Positions 34,382 through 44,199 are shown, numbered from the stretch's first letter. The stretch is DNA of 62,192 nucleotides from Pseudomonadota bacterium (GCA_022574295.1 JACZSJ010000003.1:1-62192), one strand, 5' to 3'. The notes: generated from the letters alone by a model not told the origin. Made by a program: numbers and translations.

Positions 34382-34595
34382 TGAGACCTTTGCACGAAGC
34401 AACTTTTTCGCCATAGCCTGCGTTAATAAAGAGTCTCAAAATGCTCATTTACACTATGTAAATTGCGCTTTTTATTATGGGCATCCTGCCCTCCACCCTT
34501 CGGGTCAGCAGAGCTGTTCCAATTTGTTCCCGACAAATTGGTCAACTATTTTTGCCTTGCTCTGACAAAAAATTCACATCGTGCAAAGGTCTCAT
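34381..34595. mobile_element. MITE (~215 bp) with GAGACCTTTGCA terminal inverted repeats
   Basis: Perfect 17-bp inverted ends atgagacctttgcacga / tcgtgcaaaggtctcat; no coding capacity; nested hairpin insert at 34472-34543. Confidence 0.8.
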
Positions 34596-34630
34596 ACTTA
34601 TGAAATGCGTAATGCGTAATGCGTTATCGT

Positions 34631-35071
34631 TTATCGATTGTTTATTAATCGCGTATGGGAGAACCTGTCGTGAAAGGTAAGTTTTTTCTTGTCGAAGAAG
34701 GCCCAGATAAATCCAGATCCGAAGCAAATAAACGAAAGAATTGCCAGACAAAATCGTATGCTGGCATTACCCCATTTCAATGGACCATTCCCCTGTTTTA
34801 TTAATTTAATATGCCAGGCGCGCATTCCCAGTGTTTGGCCACCGTTCACCCAATGCCAGACAAAATATAAATAAGCGATGAGCAATAAATAAAAGTCGTA
34901 CGCAATATTATTGCTTTCGATAGATTCAAAGTCCGTAAAGTAAACCAGAACCATAGTTGCTAAAAAAAACAGAGAAAACAGCAACAAACTATCATAAAAA
35001 ATAGCTGCCAGACGCTTAGGCATGCTGGATTGTTTGTTATAAAGGTCCGTTTTTTCTGGCATATGGAACAA
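34631..35071 (-). CDS. RDD family membrane protein
   Basis: KRLAAIFYD, GQTLGMRAW and HDRFS.T motifs. Confidence 0.9.
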   Translation of the reverse strand: MFHMPEKTDLYNKQSSMPKRLAAIFYDSLLLFSLFFLATMVLVYFTDFESIESNNIAYDFYLLLIAYLYFVWHWVNGGQTLGMRAWHIKLIKQGNGPLKWGNASIRFCLAILSFICFGSGFIWAFFDKKKLTFHDRFSHTRLINNR

Positions 35072-35220
35072 AAAAGGTTGTTAGGTGACTAAATTTCAGT
35101 GAATGGTCATTTTTTATGTGCTTATTTGCCTGGTTTGTCTACACTAGCTCCAGGATTATCGTTTTGGGATCTTATGGGGATCGAGGTCAGTTGTCAGCAT
35201 GATGTGATAGGGGATATTAC

Positions 35221-36216
35221 ATGAGTGAAAGCAACGTAGTCGGAGAAAAATCAATAGTTCAGAAATCAGTAGTTCTGGATCCAATAATATTGGCCTTGTT
35301 GTTGCTGTCGTTTTTGGCGATACCCAGGGTTGCGTGGTCAGACAGGGTCAGCTTTAAACCCCCAGGTAAATTGATCGATGTGAATGGACGAAAAATGCAC
35401 ATCTATTGTATCGGTAACAAAAGTCCTACCATTATTCTGGATTCAGGCACAGGGGGGTTTTCTCTGGAATGGAAAGATATTCAGCATTCCCTGTCCCAAT
35501 ATGTACGGGTCTGTGCCTATGATCGTGCAGGTTATGGCTGGAGTGACATGGGCCCCTTACCCAGAACGACAAAAAGGATCACGCATGAGTTACACACCTT
35601 ATTACAAAATGCGGGTATCCATGGGCCCTATATCATGGTCGGGCATTCCTTTGGCGGATTTACAGCACAGTATTTTGCCAGGTATTTTAATCATGAGATC
35701 GCAGGCATTGTTCTGATAGACTCATCACATGAGGAACAGGTCTATCGACTTCCTGAAAACGGCAAAGATGTAGTCAGACGTTCCTTGCATCAGGACAGGA
35801 GTAACATGGTGACAAGGTCTGTGTTGCACGAACATTTCCCAAAAGAAGTCGCTGCAGTTGCACAACAATTAATGACCCGGTGGACAGCATTGCTGACATG
35901 GCGTGAGGAAATGGCAAATTACGCGCTTAGCTCAAGAGAACTCAGGGATGTTCATGATAGGCCAATACTGGAAATTCCCATCGTTGTGTTAACGCGTGGC
36001 AAGCGCGTTTGGCCAAATACACCTTACGGTGATGCCATGGAAACGGTCTGGAAGGAATTGCAGGATGAATTGAGTTCTTTGAATGGAAACTCGACGCACA
36101 TTATTGCTGAAAATAGTGGGCACGTAATTCATCTGGATGAACCCGAACTGGTGGTAGATGCTATCCATGATGTCCTTGATTTTGTTGAGAAGGAACTTGA
36201 CGGGCAAGGCGGTTAA
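35221..36216 (+). CDS. Alpha/beta hydrolase
   Basis: YDRAGYGWS, GHSFGG nucleophile elbow and SGH.IH motifs. Confidence 0.9.
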   Translation: MSESNVVGEKSIVQKSVVLDPIILALLLLSFLAIPRVAWSDRVSFKPPGKLIDVNGRKMHIYCIGNKSPTIILDSGTGGFSLEWKDIQHSLSQYVRVCAYDRAGYGWSDMGPLPRTTKRITHELHTLLQNAGIHGPYIMVGHSFGGFTAQYFARYFNHEIAGIVLIDSSHEEQVYRLPENGKDVVRRSLHQDRSNMVTRSVLHEHFPKEVAAVAQQLMTRWTALLTWREEMANYALSSRELRDVHDRPILEIPIVVLTRGKRVWPNTPYGDAMETVWKELQDELSSLNGNSTHIIAENSGHVIHLDEPELVVDAIHDVLDFVEKELDGQGG

Positions 36217-36242
36217 TTTTCACCAATCTGACCTATGTAAAT

Positions 36243-36351
36243 TGGCGCTCCCTACGAGATTACTCCATACATCCATGTATTCCGCCCTTCGGGCCAGCTT
36301 CACGTTGTTACGCTGTTCAAATTCGCTCCCGGCGAATTTGTCAAACTCGTG
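36243..36351 (-). repeat. Duplicated tRNA-Glu 3' fragment interrupted in its T-loop by an ~83-bp hairpin insert
   Basis: tggcgctccctacgaga[insert]tcaaactcgtg versus tRNA tggcgctccctacgagactcgaactcgtg. Confidence 0.85.
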
Positions 36352-36416
36352 AGTTCGAGGCTAGCCAATAGAAAACACCAAATTAAAAAAGAATATTATG
36401 ATATCCCTTTTCAATT

Positions 36417-36492
36417 TGGCGCTCCCTACGAGACTCGAACTCGTGTTTCCGGCGTGAGAGGCCAGCGTCCTCGGCCACTAGACGAAGGGAGC
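36417..36492 (-). tRNA. tRNA-Glu (CTC)
   Basis: GCTCCCTTCGTCTAGTGGCCGAGGAC, anticodon arm CTGGC-CTCTCAC-GCCGG, GTTCGAG, ends GCCA. Confidence 0.93.
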
Positions 36493-36655
36493 GAGTGGAT
36501 CTAAATACATTAATAACCCAACAATAACAGAATGCAATAATATCAGGTATTGGTGTTACTATGCGATCTGCTGGTCAGTACTCAACTTACATCTATTCAA
36601 ATTCCATTAACAATTTATCCCATTAGTTTCAGGAACAACTCAGAAAATTTATACT

Positions 36656-37963
36656 ATGGAGTCACCGAATCCAAAAGCAGTCGTTACCCAGCTTGTCCGT
36701 AAGCCACAGATCATTCCATCTTCAGAGCATGGAATCTGCCGGGCTGACATTAGCGAGAATGCACTGAAAGTATTATACCGCCTGAAAAATGCTGGATATG
36801 GGGCATATCTGGTTGGTGGCGGTGTCAGGGATCTGTTATTAGGACTCAAGCCCAAAGATTTTGATCTTGCAACTGACGCACATCCTGAACAAATCAGGGA
36901 GTTATTCAGAAATTGCAGACTGATTGGCCGGCGATTTAGACTCGCGCATGTGCATTTCGGCAGGGAAATTATCGAAGTGTCCACATTCCGAGCATCGCAT
37001 AATGATGCAACCGCCGGTGAGGGCCATGAAGAGGACGGCAGAATCATCAGGGACAATGTCTATGGGAAACTTGATGACGATGTGTGGCGACGTGATTTTA
37101 CTGTCAATGCCCTCTACTACAACATCGAGGATGATTCGGTTGTCGATTATGTTGGGGGAATCCAGGACATTCGGGATCGACAACTGAGACTATTAGGTAT
37201 TCCTGAAGACCGTTATCGGGAAGATCCAGTCAGGATGTTAAGAGCGGTAAGATTTGCCATCAAACTTGGTTTTGAAATCCATCCCATTTCCAGGCAGCCT
37301 ATTCGTGATTTGGCACCGCTGCTGGAGGATATTCCCGCAGCACGTTTGTTTGAAGAATTTTTGAAATTATTTATGAGTGGACACTCTGCAGAGACATATA
37401 GCTTACTGCGTGAATATGGTTTATTCGCAATCTTGTTTCCGCAAACAGAAGAAATGCTTTGTCATGGCAATGAATATATTCATAAGTTGCTGACATCTGC
37501 CTTTAAAAATACTGATAAGAGACTGGCAGAAGATAAACCGGTCACACCTGCATTTTTGCTGGCGGCATTATTGTGGGTGCCCGTCAGAAATCTGGCGAAT
37601 GACCATGAGAGTAATGGATTGTCAGAGATGGACGCCATTCATCTGGCAAGTGATGCAGTCATTTCACATCAGATAAGAAGTACTTCCATGCCCAGAAGAT
37701 TTACTCATATGGCGCGGGAAATATGGGCGCTTCAAACTCGCTTGAAAAATCGTCGTGGCAAACGTCCGTTACGGTTACTGACACATCAACGTTTTCGTGC
37801 AGCGTATGATTTTCTGTTATTACGTGAAGAAGCAGGTGAGGATCTGCAGGAGTTGGCAGAGTGGTGGACGAAGTTTCAACAGGAACACATGGAGGTACTA
37901 TTAGCCGCAAAAAAGGAACATCTAAAAAAACGGCTCAGACGTAGGCCAAAACGTTCTCGATAA
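36656..37963 (+). CDS. pcnB: Poly(A) polymerase I
   Basis: VGGGVRD, DFD, LIGRRFRLAHV and RFRAAYDFL motifs. Confidence 0.96.
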   Translation: MESPNPKAVVTQLVRKPQIIPSSEHGICRADISENALKVLYRLKNAGYGAYLVGGGVRDLLLGLKPKDFDLATDAHPEQIRELFRNCRLIGRRFRLAHVHFGREIIEVSTFRASHNDATAGEGHEEDGRIIRDNVYGKLDDDVWRRDFTVNALYYNIEDDSVVDYVGGIQDIRDRQLRLLGIPEDRYREDPVRMLRAVRFAIKLGFEIHPISRQPIRDLAPLLEDIPAARLFEEFLKLFMSGHSAETYSLLREYGLFAILFPQTEEMLCHGNEYIHKLLTSAFKNTDKRLAEDKPVTPAFLLAALLWVPVRNLANDHESNGLSEMDAIHLASDAVISHQIRSTSMPRRFTHMAREIWALQTRLKNRRGKRPLRLLTHQRFRAAYDFLLLREEAGEDLQELAEWWTKFQQEHMEVLLAAKKEHLKKRLRRRPKRSR

Positions 37964-37966
37964 TTG

Positions 37967-38173
37967 TACCCATGATACCTGGAAATGCATTTTCCATAGC
38001 ATGCCCGTTTTCATCTATGGCGGCGTTGCTAGATAACATGTTCCAGACGTTATCAACCGACTACATCCATGTAGTCGTCCTCTTTGCAGGGGACAGCCAT
38101 GCGGCATCGTCGCGCCTTGCCCTGAATGAAAATGGACGCACTCTGAACGCTGCATTTCCAGGTATCATGGGTA
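37967..38173. mobile_element. ERIC/IRU-like MITE (207 bp)
   Basis: Perfect 23-bp inverted ends tacccatgatacctggaaatgca / tgcatttccaggtatcatgggta, resembling ERIC termini (TATACCC...TGCA). Confidence 0.8.
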
Positions 38174-38217
38174 TAGAACTATAAATCAGAATCTTTTTAA
38201 AGATAATCTATTCAGAG

Positions 38218-38697
38218 ATGATTAAAGTATACATAGGGCTGGGTAGTAATCTTGATGACCCTCAAGCCCAACTGAAAAAGGCAACCGTTGCATTAGGAAC
38301 GATTCCTTCAAGCAGTGTTGTGAAGACTTCTTCTTTTTACAAAAGCAAGCCTGTTGGTCCTCAGGATCAACCTGACTATATCAATGCCGTGGTTGAGCTT
38401 GCTACAGGATTATCTGCACCTGTTTTGCTGGATTATTTGCAAGGGATTGAAAATGAACATGGTCGCCAGAGAGAGCAAAGGTGGGGGGCGAGGACGCTAG
38501 ATCTGGATATCCTGTTATTTGGTGAAGAAGTTATCCATGATGATCGTTTGGTAGTGCCCCATGTAGAAATGCATAAGCGGGGATTTGTACTGTTTCCACT
38601 GGAAGAAATTGCACCGGATTGTGTGATTCCAGATATTGGGTCAGTTCATGCATTGTTACAGCAAGTTAACACCGATGATATGGTAAAACTGGCTTAA
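38218..38697 (+). CDS. folK: HPPK (folate synthesis)
   Basis: YIGLGSNL and RWGARTLDLDIL motifs. Confidence 0.96.
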   Translation: MIKVYIGLGSNLDDPQAQLKKATVALGTIPSSSVVKTSSFYKSKPVGPQDQPDYINAVVELATGLSAPVLLDYLQGIENEHGRQREQRWGARTLDLDILLFGEEVIHDDRLVVPHVEMHKRGFVLFPLEEIAPDCVIPDIGSVHALLQQVNTDDMVKLA

Positions 38698-38700
38698 GAT

Positions 38701-39351
38701 ATGAACAGACAACACCATCCCGATTACATCGTTGTTGAAGGCCCGATAGGTGTTGGAAAAACATCATTGGCGAAGCGTCTGGCAACAACATTTAAAACAG
38801 ACCTGATGCTTGAGTTGCCTGAGGAGAATCCTTTCCTTGAGCGTTTCTATGCAGATCCGAAAACAGCAGCATTTCCAACACAACTTTACTTTCTTTTCCA
38901 GCGTACCAGGCAACTGGAAATGTTCCGCCAGGCCGATTTATTCAAACCTGTCCAGATTGCAGATTTTTTAATTGATAGAGACAAACTTTTTGCCGAAGTT
39001 ACCCTGAGTCAGGATGAATTTGATCTGTATCAGCAGGTGTACAACCGTCTGGCAGTAGAGGCGCCCATACCTGATCTGGTGATTTATCTGCAGGCACCTG
39101 TTCACATATTGCTGAATAGAATTTCAGAGCGTGGGATACACTACGAAAGACGACTCAGTGAGGACTATCTGAAAAAAATCGCCAATGCCTACATTGATTT
39201 CTTTTATCATTACAACAAATCTCCATTGCTCATTGTGAATACAGCCGATTTTGATCTGGTAAATAATACCGACAATTACACCATGCTTCTGGAACAGATA
39301 TGTCACCTAAAAACAGGTAAGCAATATTTCAACCCCAAAGAAGTCGCATGA
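38701..39351 (+). CDS. Deoxynucleoside kinase
   Basis: VEGPIGVGKT, ENPFL.RFY and PDLVIYLQA motifs. Confidence 0.92.
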   Translation: MNRQHHPDYIVVEGPIGVGKTSLAKRLATTFKTDLMLELPEENPFLERFYADPKTAAFPTQLYFLFQRTRQLEMFRQADLFKPVQIADFLIDRDKLFAEVTLSQDEFDLYQQVYNRLAVEAPIPDLVIYLQAPVHILLNRISERGIHYERRLSEDYLKKIANAYIDFFYHYNKSPLLIVNTADFDLVNNTDNYTMLLEQICHLKTGKQYFNPKEVA

Positions 39352-40145
39352 CAAAAATAAGCACAACAAGACTGGACGAAATGAAGGCGTCTGGAGAAAA
39401 AATTGTTTCCTTGACCGCTTACGATGCAAGTTTTGCAACTGTGCTTGATGAAGCAGGTATTGAAATTATACTGGTCGGTGACTCACTTGGTATGGTTTTG
39501 CACGGTGAGGACAGCACTCTGAATGTAACTATGGAAGATATGATCTATCACACCAGGCAGGTCGTGACCGGCACCAGGCATGCCATGATTGTTGTAGACA
39601 TGCCGTACAAAAGCTACCTCAATCCTGCGCAGGCCTTAAGCAATGCGAAGCGTTTGCTTAATGAAGGCGGCGCGGATGTTGTCAAACTGGAGAGAGGTGA
39701 ACAGAATATTTGTGAGATAGTTCGACATATTGTTTCTCATGATATCCCTGTGTGCGGTCATCTGGGGTTAACCCCGCAATCCATTGAAGAGTTAGGTGGA
39801 TATAAAGTACAAGGCCGGGATCCTGCTGCTGCAAAACAGATAAAACTAGATGCGCTTGCCTTGCAAGAAGCAGGCGCTTCCATGCTGGTACTTGAATGTG
39901 TGCCATCATCATTGGCGGCGAGTATTACTTCCGAACTTGGTATTCCCGTGATTGGTATCGGTGCCGGTGCAGAATGTGACGGCCAGGTTCTGGTGATTTA
40001 CGATATTCTGGGTATCTCTGGTCATCAGGCAAAATTCTCGAAGGACTTTCTCGGTGCTGCACACTCAATTCAAGATGCCGTTAAGACATATGTTTCTGCA
40101 GTAAAATCGGGTGACTTTCCAGCGATAGAACATCAATTCAGTTAA
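39348..40145 (+). CDS. panB: Ketopantoate hydroxymethyltransferase
   Basis: LTAYD, LVGDSLG, GHLGLTPQ and GIGAG..CDGQVLV motifs. Confidence 0.96.
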   Translation: MTKISTTRLDEMKASGEKIVSLTAYDASFATVLDEAGIEIILVGDSLGMVLHGEDSTLNVTMEDMIYHTRQVVTGTRHAMIVVDMPYKSYLNPAQALSNAKRLLNEGGADVVKLERGEQNICEIVRHIVSHDIPVCGHLGLTPQSIEELGGYKVQGRDPAAAKQIKLDALALQEAGASMLVLECVPSSLAASITSELGIPVIGIGAGAECDGQVLVIYDILGISGHQAKFSKDFLGAAHSIQDAVKTYVSAVKSGDFPAIEHQFS

Positions 40146-40181
40146 TGCCAAGGGTAATATCAGGGGGTAATGCACCAGTAA

Positions 40182-41024
40182 ATGTATCGGGTCACTCACA
40201 AAAAAGCACTTAGAAGTTGTGTGCGAAACTGGCACCAGGGAGGCCAGTCTGTGGCACTGGTGCCGACCATGGGTAACTTGCATGCGGGACATCTGCAACT
40301 GGTAAAACAGGCAAAGCAACTGGCCGACAAAGTCGTTGTTTCTATTTTTGTGAATCCAGGCCAATTTTCGGAAGGGGAAGATTTCGATACCTACCCGCGG
40401 ACCATTGAAGAAGATCTAAGGAATTTGGAAGAAGTTAATCCGGACATGGTATTTAACCCTGACGTGGATGAAGTCTACCCCGGTGGGGTCGAGTATGAGA
40501 CCCAGGTCCTTGTCCCCGGCTTGGACAATATTTTTTGTGGTGCATTTCGACCCGGACACTTCCAGGGGGTGGCGACGGTCGTCAGTAAACTACTGAATAT
40601 GGTTCAACCTGATATTGCCGTGTTCGGCAAAAAAGACTATCAACAATTACTGGTGATCAAAAAACTGGTCAATGATTTATGTATCCCGGTAGAAATCTTC
40701 GGCGCAGAGACCGTCAGGGAAGAGAGTGGTTTGGCATTAAGTTCACGCAATCGCTATTTAAATCAGCAGGAAAAAGACCTTGCCGCTAAACTTTATCAAA
40801 CGCTGTCAGGGATCGCGGAGGCAGTGCAGACAGGACGGGATGATTATCAACAACTTGAGGCCGATGCAGTCGAAACTCTTGAAAATAACGGGTTCAAAAT
40901 TGACTATTTAAGTATCAGAAATGCAGCAGATCTGGGGGCGCCAGCAGGGGGTGAACTGGTCGTGCTTACAGCGGCGTGGCTCGGTGAGGCAAGGTTAATT
41001 GATAATATCCAGATCAAGCGTTGA
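40182..41024 (+). CDS. panC: Pantoate-beta-alanine ligase
   Basis: PTMGNLHAGH, GKKDYQQ and ALSSRN motifs. Confidence 0.96.
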   Translation: MYRVTHKKALRSCVRNWHQGGQSVALVPTMGNLHAGHLQLVKQAKQLADKVVVSIFVNPGQFSEGEDFDTYPRTIEEDLRNLEEVNPDMVFNPDVDEVYPGGVEYETQVLVPGLDNIFCGAFRPGHFQGVATVVSKLLNMVQPDIAVFGKKDYQQLLVIKKLVNDLCIPVEIFGAETVREESGLALSSRNRYLNQQEKDLAAKLYQTLSGIAEAVQTGRDDYQQLEADAVETLENNGFKIDYLSIRNAADLGAPAGGELVVLTAAWLGEARLIDNIQIKR

Positions 41025-41092
41025 ACAGAGGGAAATTTTCCGCCATAATCCCCATTTATTACACATTATTATAAATATAACGCGTGGTTAGC

Positions 41093-41473
41093 ATGCAACT
41101 TACTGTTCTTAAAGCAAAACTTCACCAGGCCAGTGTCACACATTCAGAGTTAGAGTACGATGGTTCCTGTGCCATCGATGGTGCCTTGTTAGATAAAGCC
41201 GGGATCCATGAGTATGAACAGATCGATATCTACAACATTACCAATGGCGAACGTTTCACGACCTACGCAATTCGCGCTGAAAATAATTCACGTATTATTT
41301 CTGTCAACGGTGCTGCTGCCCACAAGGCAAACCCGGGGGATAGAGTCATCATCTGCAGTTACGGAAGAATAGAAGAAAAAGAAATATCGAGCTACAAGCC
41401 GACGCTTATCTATCTGGATCAGGACAATAATATTACGCACATCGAGGACAGTATTCCTGTCCAGGCCGCCTAG
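41093..41473 (+). CDS. panD: Aspartate 1-decarboxylase
   Basis: KAKLH, YDGS self-cleavage site, NGERFTTY and NGAAA motifs. Confidence 0.95.
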   Translation: MQLTVLKAKLHQASVTHSELEYDGSCAIDGALLDKAGIHEYEQIDIYNITNGERFTTYAIRAENNSRIISVNGAAAHKANPGDRVIICSYGRIEEKEISSYKPTLIYLDQDNNITHIEDSIPVQAA

Positions 41474-41724
41474 AAAGTTACTATATTCAGGAAGATTTTT
41501 TCTATCGTTTTCTTTGTAATTTCCTGCAGTGTAGTTTCAACTGCCGTACGTCAGCTTAATTATTACCAATACCTTCTGTATGCGTCCTCATTCATTAAAT
41601 CATTAACCACTAAATAATTATCCTGAGAGAAGTCAGGTAGGTGGTGATGTTATCTGTACTAACATGCTATAAAGTACACAACATTGATTATTGGATAAGG
41701 GATTTATATTCGTTTTTAAAAGAC

Positions 41725-42474
41725 ATGAATCATTCAACCGAAATCACAGCTGGCGTCATCATTATTGGTAATGAAGTTCTTTCGGGAAGAACTCAGGATA
41801 CAAATCTTGCCTATATGGGGAAACAACTGGATGCGCTGGGTATCAGAATAATGGAATCCAGAGTGATTCCTGATATCGAACAAATCATTATTGATACAGT
41901 GAATCATTTCCGAGCAACCTATGCCTATGTTTTTACCACAGGAGGCATTGGTCCAACGCATGATGACATTACTTCCGCTGCAATTGCGAAGACATTTCAG
42001 GTGAAACTGGAGAAGAACGCAGAAGCGGTGAGCTTGCTTGAAAAGTACTATGAGCCCGGGGGTATCAACGAAGCCCGGATGAAGATGGCACACATCCCGG
42101 AAGGTGCGAGGCTGATTGATAATCCATTGAGTGGTGCACCGGGATTTCAAATGGAAAATGTTTTCATCATGGCCGGTGTCCCGGTCATTATGCGGCTCAT
42201 GTTTGATGGAATTACAGACAGGCTCACAGGTGGTGATCCGATCATTACTGTCAATCTCGCGACCAACATCGGCGAAGGAGTATTTGCTGACGATCTTTCC
42301 AAATTACAGGATGAATACCCGGACATCAGTATCGGCAGTTATCCTTATTTCAAACAAAGGAAGCTAGGGGTGAATCTTGTCATGCGCAGTACAGATATTG
42401 AACGTCTGGCAGAACTGAAAGAAAAATTAGTCGCAATGATTACCGATCTAGGTGGCAAGATACTGGGTGCATAG
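41725..42474 (+). CDS. CinA-like molybdopterin-binding protein
   Basis: IGNEVLSGRTQDTN, GGIGPTHDDIT and IGSYP motifs. Confidence 0.9.
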   Translation: MNHSTEITAGVIIIGNEVLSGRTQDTNLAYMGKQLDALGIRIMESRVIPDIEQIIIDTVNHFRATYAYVFTTGGIGPTHDDITSAAIAKTFQVKLEKNAEAVSLLEKYYEPGGINEARMKMAHIPEGARLIDNPLSGAPGFQMENVFIMAGVPVIMRLMFDGITDRLTGGDPIITVNLATNIGEGVFADDLSKLQDEYPDISIGSYPYFKQRKLGVNLVMRSTDIERLAELKEKLVAMITDLGGKILGA

Positions 42475-42554
42475 AAGCAACGAAAACTAATAACAGTTTG
42501 ATAACAAAAAATAACCATCCTCCCGAATGGTAGACTACAGATCAATACATAAGC

Positions 42555-43883
42555 ATGAACCAGTTTGAGCAATTCTGGATTATTGCTGTCGATCTTTTCT
42601 GGGGGCTACCGCTTGTTATCTTTATTCTCGCTACCGGAATTTACTTTGCTACTATATCTCGTTTAAAACCATTAACTGGTTTCTTTCATGCCTTTGCTAT
42701 TCTGTCAGGAAAATATGACAGAAAAGATGCACCAGGGGAACTATCGCATTTTCAGGCCTTAACCGTCGCCCTTTCCGGCACAATAGGCATGGGCAATATC
42801 GCTGGCGTCGCTATTGCTATTAGTTTGGGTGGTGCAGGCGCAATCTTCTGGATGTGGGTTGCTGGCCTATTTGGAATGATCATCAAGTTTTTTACCTGCA
42901 CACTCTCCTGTTTATATCGCAAACAGGATGAAGATGGCGTTGTGCAAGGTGGTCCAATGTATTTCATAGAATGTGGCCTGGGCAAACGTTTTAAACCACT
43001 TGCGATACTCTTTGCAATGGCAGGTTTAATCGGCTGTCTGCCAATGTTTCAAGTGAACCAACTTGCTAGCATGTTACAAAATGAATTCTCGATAGCTCCA
43101 TTTTATACTGGCATAGCTGCATTACTGTTTATAGGCATCATCATAATAGGTGACGTAAAACGTGTCGGCAAAGTGACGGCAAAGATTGTCCCTTTTATGT
43201 TTTTAGCTTACGTCATCAGCAGTCTTGTTGTCATAACAATTAATTTTGATGCTGTGCCAGGAATCTTACTCGATATCTTTTCTTCAGCGTTTGGGAAAGA
43301 AGCAGTTTATGGAGGGGCAACTGGTTTAGTCTTTAAACAAGTTCTCGTGACAGGAATCAAACGAGCAATTTTTTCTAATGAAGCAGGCGTAGGTACTGAA
43401 GCATTGGCACATGGTACTGCTCAAACTAAAGAACCTGTACGAGAAGGCCTGGTAGCAATGCTTGGACCATTCATTGATACACATATCGTATGTACCTGTA
43501 CTGCATTAGTAATATTAAGTTCAGGGGTGTATACCGGAAATAGCGGTATTGTCATGACAGCTATGTCATTTAAGCAGTCATTACCTGGGTTCGGTGACAT
43601 GATTGTTTATCTTGTATTTACACTATTTGCGCTTTCAACCATGATTACGTATTCCTATTACAGTTTGAAATGTGCACGTTATCTATTTGGAAAGAATATT
43701 GGCAATAAATATATTATTATTTACCTGATTATCATTCCTATGAGTGCAATATGGACTCAGACAACAATCATTAACATTATTGACACGATGTTTGCCTTGA
43801 TGATCTTTCCTACCTTGCTTTCAACAATATTGCTCTCTGGAAAGGTAATAGATGAAATGCATCGTTATTTTGACAGTCACTGA
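42555..43883 (+). CDS. Alanine/glycine:cation symporter (AGCS)
   Basis: GMGNIAGVA, GAIFWMW, GGPMY and FSNEAG motifs. Confidence 0.92.
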   Translation: MNQFEQFWIIAVDLFWGLPLVIFILATGIYFATISRLKPLTGFFHAFAILSGKYDRKDAPGELSHFQALTVALSGTIGMGNIAGVAIAISLGGAGAIFWMWVAGLFGMIIKFFTCTLSCLYRKQDEDGVVQGGPMYFIECGLGKRFKPLAILFAMAGLIGCLPMFQVNQLASMLQNEFSIAPFYTGIAALLFIGIIIIGDVKRVGKVTAKIVPFMFLAYVISSLVVITINFDAVPGILLDIFSSAFGKEAVYGGATGLVFKQVLVTGIKRAIFSNEAGVGTEALAHGTAQTKEPVREGLVAMLGPFIDTHIVCTCTALVILSSGVYTGNSGIVMTAMSFKQSLPGFGDMIVYLVFTLFALSTMITYSYYSLKCARYLFGKNIGNKYIIIYLIIIPMSAIWTQTTIINIIDTMFALMIFPTLLSTILLSGKVIDEMHRYFDSH

Positions 43884-43929
43884 TTAGATTGTGTTGGTTA
43901 CTGATAAATAATTACTAAATCAGAGAATG

Positions 43930-44014
43930 TGGTGCCGAGGGCGAGAATCGAACTCGCACTTCCGAAGAAACCGGATTTTGAATCCGGCGCGTCTACCAAT
44001 TCCGCCACCCCGGC
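43930..44014 (-). tRNA. tRNA-Leu (CAA)
   Basis: GCCGGGGTGGCGGAATTGGTAGACGCG, anticodon arm CCGGA-TTCAAAA-TCCGG, long variable arm, ends ACCA. Confidence 0.95.
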
Positions 44015-44066
44015 AATTTGTATTGATTGTATCTTATCTTAACTTATAGCCCTGATATAAACGCAC

Positions 44067-44199
44067 GAATCCGGCGCGGTCACTGGAAAATGTGTTCCCG
44101 ACATTTTCAACCGAATACCTCCATGTATTCGTCTCGGACGTCCTGTCCTTTGTGACACTTGTGCTTCCTGCACATCGTCTACCAATGCCACCCCGGCAA
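44067..44199 (-). repeat. Duplicated tRNA-Leu 5' half interrupted by a 97-bp multi-hairpin insert
   Basis: gaatccggcgcg[insert]cgtctaccaat---gccaccccggcaa versus 43980-44016. Confidence 0.85.

Noticed and set aside
34604-34624. (AATGCGT)x3 tandem repeat
   Set aside because: Too short, and it lies between convergent genes, so there is no support for phase variation.
37972-38184. 70-aa ORF between pcnB and folK (likewise the ORFs at 34353-34751, 36158-36352, 54440-54673 and 56335-56535)
   Set aside because: They coincide with palindromic repeat elements and have no protein motifs; they are probably spurious.
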